Of a DNA stretch of 53,255 nucleotides, positions 45,594 to 53,255 are shown piece by piece. The DNA is taken from positions 571,129 through 624,383 of the forward strand of contig NW_008246077.1 in the NCBI RefSeq assembly GCF_000281045.1, read 5' to 3'. Numbering within the stretch: position 1 is the first letter of the stretch; the number at the start of each line of letters is the position of its first letter. The stretch is from Saprolegnia diclina VS20 (taxonomy: Eukaryota). Under the pieces are notes generated by a model. The model saw nothing but the letters and a program-made list of their open reading frames with translations. It did not search any database and was not told where the DNA came from. The position numbers and the translations under genes were made by a program.

Positions 45594-47834
45594 TTACGAT
45601 GACTGCACGAACGGGTGCTTGAGCGCCTCCTTGACCGTGATGCGCTTGGCCGGGTCCAAGACAAAGACCTTGTCGAGGAGGTCCTTCAAGTCCGCCAGCT
45701 GCTTCTTGTCGTCGCTGGGCGCGCGGGCCGCCGCCAGCGACGTGCCCAAGTCCTTGGTCGCGTTCATATTGTTCATCACGCGCAGCATGGGCTTGGCTAC
45801 ATGCGCAGCATATGAGCACCTACCCTCACCGAGCATGGAGGAATCTACCTGTGACACGGTCGATCTCGCGGCTAATGAAGCGGAGCTCTTCGTCAAAGTG
45901 GGGCTCCATGAGAAATTTCTCGAGGTACACGGCGCGGTGACGGCGCAGGAGCTTGGCGGGGAATCGGCCCTTGACCTCCATGAAGAGCTTGAGCATCTCG
46001 TTGTTGGTTTGGCCCGGAAACATGACGCGGCCCGTGTACATTTCGTAAATGCAGCAGCCAATGCTCCACATATCGACGGGGGCGTCGTACGCGAGGCCCA
46101 GAATGATCTCGGGCGCGCGGTAGAAGCGGCTCACGAGGTACGGCGTCGGGTCGTGCGCGTCTGGCCCCGTCGACTTGAAGGCCGAGCCAAAGTCGCAGAG
46201 CTTGACCATCGACTGCTTCTCGTCCAGGAGCATGTTGTCGGGCTTGATATCTATGGAGCAGCCATGAGTCCTTTTCAAATCGACCACGAGGTCGCACCGG
46301 CGTGCACGACGTGGTGCTTGGAGAGGTGGTCCAAGCCGAGCAGCAGCTGCTTGCAAAAGACCTTGACGCCACGCAGCGAGAGGCCGTCGCGGCCGCCAAA
46401 CTTCTTCATCGCTTCGCGCACGTTCATCTGCATCGGTTCAAACACCATGGCCGTGTGGTTGCGGTGCTCAAACGACGCAAGCAGCTTCACAATGTACTTG
46501 GCCTTGTGCCCGACCTGCAGCTCGGTGAGCAGCCGCATCTCGGTCTGCGCTGCGTCCCGCATCGTGTCGTTGGCGCGAATGAGCTTGATCGCGACCGTCT
46601 TTTCGTCGCCGGTCATGCGTTTGCACAGAAGGACCGTCGAGAAGACACCTTTGCCCGCCTAGAGCCGCCATCGTCAGTGAGACGTCGCAAGATGGGCGTC
46701 ACGTACGTTGCCCACAACGCGGTACTCGCCGTTCAACACTTCGCCAATCGTCGGACGGTAGTAGCCCTCGCTGTCGTCGCAGTGGCCGCGCGTGGCTTTG
46801 AGAATCGCGGGGCGGGCGGGCGCGTTCGGCACGCGCGCGCCAAAGTCGTCGTCGTCGGCAGCAAACATGTCAAAGTCGTCATCGTCGGCGTCGGCGGGCG
46901 CGTCTTCTTGGGGTGGCGATGGAGCGGGGACGGTTTCCTCTACGGGCGGTGCGACGACCGTGTCCTCTGTCATCGAGCGCTCGTCCGACTCGTTGCCGGC
47001 CTTGGCGGTTTTTCGCAGATCCGACAGATCAAAGCACTCGTCATTTGAGTCATCTTCGTCGTCGTCGTCGTCATTGTCGACCGTCTCGTTGATGGCCACT
47101 ACGGCGGTACTACCTTGGTCTTCTTGCGTGCTGGGGAGCTCGGCAATGTTGGGCTCGGGCGATGTGATGGTGGGTGCCGGTGGCGCAACGACGATCGGGG
47201 CCGACGGCTTTTTGAAGCCCGCGATCGACGACTTGGCGGCCGCAAGCGCTTTGAGGATGTCCATTTTCATGGAGCCCACGTCAACCTTGGCAATGCCCGA
47301 AGGCGTGACAGAGGTCGACGGAGCTAGGGCAGCAGAGGGTAGGTTTGACGTCACGGAAGAGTCAGTCGCGTTTACACTGGGAGTACACTCGGTCGTCGTC
47401 TCGGTGTCGACAGGTCGCTTAAGCTCCTTCGTGCCACGAGTCAATTCAGTCAGCTTTATCGGGATCGTCACGGAGACAGGCTTACTCGCTGCAACCACGA
47501 CCGGCGAGTGCGACACGCTGAAGATGTCGGCGATCGAGCGCACGGCGGTCGACTCCTTTACCTCCGGCTTTGGCGCTGGACCGATGGTTGGCGACGGCTT
47601 GAGCGCCGGCTCCTTCGTCGCGACCTTCTTGGGCTCGGCCGAGCGCGACCGGCTGCGCCGTTTCGGACGCTTGGGGGCTCGGCGAGGAGACCTGTCGCGG
47701 CTGCGGCTGCGGTGGCGACGGTCCCGGTCGCGACGGCTACGCTCGCGCGACCGGCTTCGGCTGCGTCCGTGGCGGCGCTTCCGGTCTGGCGACTTGGACC
47801 GTTGCTCGCGGGTCGTCGGCGTCTTGGCGTCCAT
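45594..47834 (-). CDS. PRPF4B: PRP4 kinase (PRPF4B/PRP4K, CMGC group), multi-exon
   Basis: RS-rich N-terminus, DDSEGYYR..IGEVL, GKGVFSTV, VAIKLIRAN, FEHRNH, HADIKPDNML, KLCDFGSA, TPYLVSRFYRAPE and FPGQTNNEML. Confidence 0.93.
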
Positions 47835-48037
47835 GCTGTTCTCGTGCACCGCAAACCGAATCGAATTCAAAGCTGGCCGTTGCGGATTCGCTCAAATTCA
47901 GTCGACAAAAGCCGCGGATTGGTAGAAATGAAACAATGGAAACGACGATGAGTGGGTAAAATTTAATGCATGGTGCATTCTCATTGGTGGAGCCAAGGAT
48001 TTTCACCAATGCGCATTTTGGATCGCGCCCCTTCACC

Positions 48038-50247
48038 ATGGAGGAAGCCGTGTCGCTGCTGGAGGAGCAGCCGTACGTGGCGTTGCGCAGCACCAGCCCC
48101 GAGCGTGGTCCGAGCGCGGCCCACCGCCGCCGAAGCACCATGGGCCTCGGCCGCCGGCCGTCGCTTATCCGAACGCCGTTCCTGCCCGTCGACGAAGCCG
48201 ACGAGCTCTTGCTCCGCGCCAACGAAGCGCCCGACTGCCGTGCGCCGACCGTCGCCGGTGCAAAGCGACTACACCACGATATCTATCTAATGATTGGTGC
48301 GTAGAAACGGTTCAGCTCATGAAGGCCCATCAGTACCGCCTTCAGCAGTTTGCCAAGCTCCAGGGCATCACGGGCATGAGCGCGATGACGCTCTGCTTCA
48401 CGCCCGAGTACGAAGCGGGCTACCGCGATTACATCCAGCGAGGCGCCGTGCGACGCACGCGCATCTGCTTCCTCCTTGGCTTCATCGGGATCGCGCTCTA
48501 CTTTACGTGGGAAGCGACCCGGATTGTCTTCTCACCTGCCGCGTATGCCATTGCATTTGGCCCTGGGCTCGTACCCTTTGGGATCGGTTTTGCCTCCACG
48601 TTCGTTCCGACCATGCGCCCGCACATGGAAGCCCTCTTCCTCACGGTATATCTTGCAAGGCTCGAGGACTTGGTTCACGAGCAGGTGCTAGGTGTTTGCC
48701 ATCGAAGCCGGCGCACTCATCATCTTCAAGCCCATCGTTGGTCAAGCTGGCCCCGTCCTTCCGCTCCTCCTCTTGCTCATACCCGTCTTTGGCGTCACGC
48801 GCGTGCGGTACGACTCGCTCTCCGTCCAATCGACATGCGACAACTTTGGCGCTTAGGTTCATCTACAGCTGCGCGCTCGGCTGGTCCATCTTTGCCGCTT
48901 ACATTGGCGTGCAGCTTCTTGCGCGCTCGATTTGGCACGTTGGGTCCGACAAGCCGTCAAGTATTTTCTACCAAGGGCTCAACTACGGCATGATGGTGCT
49001 GGGCGGAATGGTGTCGCACTACCGCCAGGAATTATTGCGTCGGCGCAACTACGCTCTGCTCCTCCCGTTTGGGTCGAGTCCCGACTGCTCGGACGCACTG
49101 CACAAACCGAAATTTTCAAAAAAAGCGCTCTTACACCAAGGCTCGCTGGCGTTCAAGCACGACCGCGTCGAGGCCACGTTCTTGCGCCATTGGTACCTCA
49201 TTGATCCGTTCCCGTTCGAGAACCCAAACGCTGCCGTGCTCCACGAAGGCGCGTTCAAAGTCGTCCGCTTCTCGATCGCAACTGCAATTATGAACCAAAC
49301 GTTCCTGGCCATCCAGGTGCAGTACACGCAACCACGAGCGCTAAGGTCATGACACGAGTAGGATTACCGTCTCTTGGGCGCGTCGCCGTCGATTCAATCG
49401 CTGGGCTACATGCTTCGCTTCGGAGTCGTCGACTTCGCGTACCTCGCGTCGGCTGCCTTTATGTTTGTCGTTGGCAAGCTCTACGTCCGGCAGTGGCGCG
49501 CCGTTGACGACGGAAAGGCGCCGCGCCTCGCCGACACGCAGCTCAACGACGTGCAGGCGAGCCAGACCTTTGCGGCAGTGGTCGTGTTGGTACATACCAC
49601 TAGTATGGCGACGCTGCTCTGCGCCGTCGTCTCGTCGTCGTCGTCCGCACTGGCCGACGTGTACCTCATGGGGTTCATCAACGCCGTGCTCTTTAGCCAC
49701 CGATCTGGGTTCCGCGTCCGGCACAAGTATGCCGTGTGCGTCACGACAGTCGTGGGGCTTGTCGCCACCATCGTCTTGAGCCAGGTAGCCAACCTAATGT
49801 ATCGCAAAAGGCAAGCACACAAACGCTGCACTAGATGCTCGTGCACTGGCTCGCGCTGCGCTACGCGTGCTACATCATCACCGTCCTCTTCCTCGGCGCC
49901 ATGATCTCGCGTGAAGAAGAGAGCTTGCGCCGGAGCTTCTTCATCCTCAAGTCGATTCGGTCGCTCGAGTTTGAAGAGTGGTTTCAAACCATCTGCAACA
50001 TTCAAGGTGGCGACGCCAAGCGAGTCGGTAGTGGTTGATGGCGTCCGACGTAGACTGGGTCCGCGCGCGGCTCTTGCAAAAAACCGCCCAAGCGCGTCGC
50101 AGTCTGCCGCACGTCAAGAGGCCGCTCGTACCTCCCGCCGTCGACACGAGCTCGCACCTCTCGCAAGCGTCAAAATGGGGCATGTACGGCGAGTGCGTGC
50201 ACGTGGCCCTTGTCGCCCTCGACCTCGTTCTGCGCATCTACCAATAA
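48038..50247 (+). CDS. Polytopic membrane protein with two TM clusters, adenylyl-cyclase-membrane-anchor-like, multi-exon
   Basis: Two hydrophobic clusters, each preceded by an L.F....E..[YF] motif (TLCFTPEYEAGY; SLAFKHDRVEATF) and followed by an E..RR segment (RQELLRRRNY; REEESLRRSFF). No cyclase catalytic domain is visible. Confidence 0.6.
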
Positions 50248-50406
50248 CGCTACGTCCCACCCCCTCGGCCAAGTGTCGTTCTCTTCCTCTAGTATCAAGT
50301 ACACGCAACGACTCGTTTATGTTTGGACAATGTGTCTTCCATGTGTGCCACCAACTCGAGATGGAATGTATATGCAAACTAGCAAGGTTTCGGCGGGTCT
50401 TGCTGC

Positions 50407-51549
50407 TTACGCGTTCATCTTGACGAGCTCGCTGATGCCGCGGACCGTGTCCATCGGCACCAAGACGAGGCGGAGGTTGCCTTGGTTGACGTTGATCTTG
50501 CGTAAAATGTTGAGGTACTGGATGGCCGTGAGGTAGTCGACAGCGCGGACGCCGACTTCGTTGATCGCTATGGTGACACCCTTGATAAGAGATCCTAGTT
50601 TCAACACGTGGGTATGTATACCCGCTCGAATCGCTTCCATCGACTGCGCCTCGGCCTTGGACGAGAGCATCTTGGCTTCGGCGAGACCTGTCGCCTTGAG
50701 CAGCGTTGACGCGCGGTCGCCCTCGGCGCGCAGCACGAGCCCGGCGGCGTCACCACGCGAGTTGACGATGCAGCTTTCGCGCTGGCCGTCCGCCTGACAT
50801 AATGGTGCATACACACATGTAGATACTGAGAGCAATGTACCTCCAAGACTTCGGAGCGGCGCTCGCGCTCGGCCTTGATCTGCTGCTCCATCGCGAGCTT
50901 GATGTCGTTGGGCGGCACGATATCAAAGATCTCGACGCGCGTAATTGTCACGCCCCAGCGCTCCACGTCCGGCTTGACCTACAACGCCGTTCGTACGATG
51001 CTGCGTCTTGCAATAGAAACGTACGCGGTTGAGGAGCTCCGTGTTGATCTCGTCGCGGGACGAGAACGTGTCGTCGAGCGTCATGGTCGCAATGATGTTG
51101 CGCAGCGTGGCCTGCGTCACGAGCTCGACAGAGTCCGGAATGTTCTGAGCCTTGTACACAGCGAGGCGCGGGTCCACGATGCGAAAGTACACGAGCGCGT
51201 CAATGTCGATCATGACCGTGTCCTTTGTAATCACGTGCTGGCGCGCAAACTCGATCACGTGCTCGCGCATGTCGACGGTCTCGCTCATGATCGAGATCGA
51301 CGGCGCGTCACCGCTTATGATGCGGCGGCTCAGGTGGCGCCACGCGATCGGGCGCACGCGCTCGATGACGGGCACGATAAAGTGGATGCCGGGCAAAAGC
51401 GTCATCTTGTACCGGCCAAAGCGCTCGAGGATCATGACCTCGGCGTGGTTGACGACGCGGATGCTCAGCGAGAAGGCGAGGAAGACGAAGAGCCAGAAGA
51501 CGCAGACGACCACGATCACGGCCACGAGGCCCGTCGTTGCGATCGGCAT
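50407..51549 (-). CDS. SPFH/Band-7 stomatin-like protein, multi-exon
   Basis: N-terminal TM, ILERFGRY..TL.PGIHFIVP, QHVITKD.V.IDIDA.VYFRI.DP, TLRNII..MTLDDTFSSRDEIN, WGVTITRVEI and AMEQQIKAERERR. Confidence 0.93.
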
Positions 51550-52497
51550 GCTGGAGAGAAATGGGATGTCCTGTCCAACACGGCGCTGGCTTGGTGATGG
51601 ACACGGCCGGATACGATCCGGATAAGCAAAAACAAGCAGGAGTGAACACGGCCGTTCGGGCGGTTGTCGGCCGTTCCAAGAAACAGCCCGAACCTTTTAA
51701 ACTCGATACAGTAGTCATACTAATAAATTTACACGTCGAGGTCGATGTAACAAAAGCATGCAAGCATCATCGGGATCGATGCAAGAAAAACTTGCCAGCA
51801 CCAGGCACCAGCAAAACGAAAGAGTTTGGTCGACACCAGTGTAACAAGGCGCTGTGCATGTACATGCGTACTCCCCAGTGAGGATCTTTAGCCGCCATAG
51901 GGTAAGCAGACTGCATCTAGCTCTCAGTCAAAGAATGATCTTCCGAAGGCATTAATTAAACTCACCAGCGTTTGGAATGGCAACAGCCTCACTCAGTCAG
52001 GTGTCTCGCTAATAAAACAAGAGGGGTATTTCAACGAGCATTTACATCGAAACCGACACAACCAGGTTTAGCATGCATCGATATCGACATGTTGCTACAG
52101 TTATCGTACCTCGGGTTCGATTCACGTGGATGCAGATCGTGGCGCCGTTGGTACGCGTCTGGCCTTGATACGTCGTGATCGAGGCTAAAATGCAGTAGGC
52201 GTATCGGGCTCGCGCCAAACAGCCAGTCACGGCATCGAGCACGACATCACTTAAATACACGTGTGTCGGTATCGACGTAAGAAAAGCAATCATGCATCGC
52301 GTTCGAGCCACCCATATATTGGCATGTCGAGTTCGACTCCAGTGCATCAGTCGTAAGTCGATATCGATGCAAGAAGCGAATCGGGATCGAATCAACGTAA
52401 TTAATGCGTCGAGGTCGTGGAAAGTGAACAAGCATAAATGGGGTCGATGCGAGAAAAACCTGTTATTACATGTAATACTATGAAGAGAAGGATGCCG

Positions 52498-53255
52498 CTA
52501 CAAGGTGGATCCTGCGTTGTCCATGTCGAACTTCCGAGCCTTCTTGTATTGCTTGACGGTGCTTGAGGCGCCGAATTTGCTTGTCGGTTTACGCTTGTTG
52601 CCGGGTGTGTCTCCTTGAGCGCGTTCGCGGTGGATGGCCTTGTACGCGCTGATGTCGCGATGCATAGACTCGGTGACGTCGCCGCACGCTGCAATAAGTT
52701 GCCGAATGGAGACACTGCCAGTCGGAAACGCCGCAACGACTTCCTTGAAAGCGGTAGAGTGTGAGGTTGCGAGATGCATCGCGTCCTTCATTGCCTTCTG
52801 CTGGGTGTTCTTGGCATCTCTGGGAATACTCCCCAAGTCGTCAACAACGTACTTAAACAGTGCGTCCTTGAACGTCACCCCGGCCAACGTCTTTATCGTC
52901 CACTTGCGGATAGCAGTCGGGTTGTCGACGACGACGTCAGCAGGAAGAAGGGCATCAGGCTCGACAGCAGCGGTAGGTGCGTCAACTTGCGCCAGGGTGT
53001 CTAAGTATTAGTGAGTGCACGAAAATGACATGTAATGGACGATACCTGCGGCGCCGTCAGTGCGTGGTAGTGGGACTTGTTCATGGCGACCGGAAATGAC
53101 GATCCGGGACAGGGCCTTCAAGTCACACACGATCGACTTCAGCAATGCACGTGCCTCGTGTTGCACGGACACGAGCTCACGTTGCGTCGACACGAGCTCA
53201 CGTTGCGTCGACGCGAGAGCTTGGACGTTGACATCGATCTTCGCCACGTCCATTG
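52498..53255 (-). CDS. Hypothetical protein, 5'-partial, two exons visible
   Basis: A GT-AG intron at about 53001-53045 joins ...RTDGAA to DTLAQVDAP...GVTFKDALFKY. A 21-nt tandem repeat encodes STQRELV twice. Confidence 0.5.

Noticed and set aside
52110..52345. tRNA T-loop-like GGTTCGATTC and GAGTTCGACTC
   Set aside because: No acceptor, D or anticodon arms could be built around either.
1..53255. CRISPR arrays, rRNA, intact transposons, RxLR/CRN effectors
   Set aside because: I saw no repeat-spacer arrays, rRNA signatures, transposase or RT motifs, or signal peptide plus RxLR/LFLAK combinations.

Overview
This is a gene-dense, GC-rich eukaryotic window with very short GT-AG introns (about 40-55 nt), oomycete-type INR/FPR and CCAAT core promoters, and one assembly gap (14697-14938). 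It is most consistent with an oomycete, probably a Saprolegnia-like one (inference). About 30 protein genes were reconstructed by eye. Recognisable families include a P4-ATPase, histone H1, a Kir channel, MnmE/GTPBP3, a FANCE-like protein, a CAMKK-like kinase, a cyclophilin, membrin, PRP4 kinase, a stomatin/SPFH protein and two bestrophin-like paralogs. The most notable items are: (1) a single-chain U-box protein carrying two von Hippel-Lindau beta domains, both keeping the five hydroxyproline-pocket positions (Thr for Ser in one repeat); (2) a TBC1D5-like RabGAP-PDZ-GRAM-myotubularin fusion; (3) a locally duplicated family of three small orphan proteins ending in an LxxIxE (PP2A-B56 docking) motif; (4) a metazoan-style histone 3' stem-loop after the H1 gene; (5) further unusual architectures (GBP-PH, lipin-N-like plus WS/DGAT, LRR-IQ-B-box-WW, His/Asp-rich SDHAF1) and a candidate compact REC114. 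All family calls come from motif recognition only, and no database searches were run. Exon boundaries are manual and approximate.
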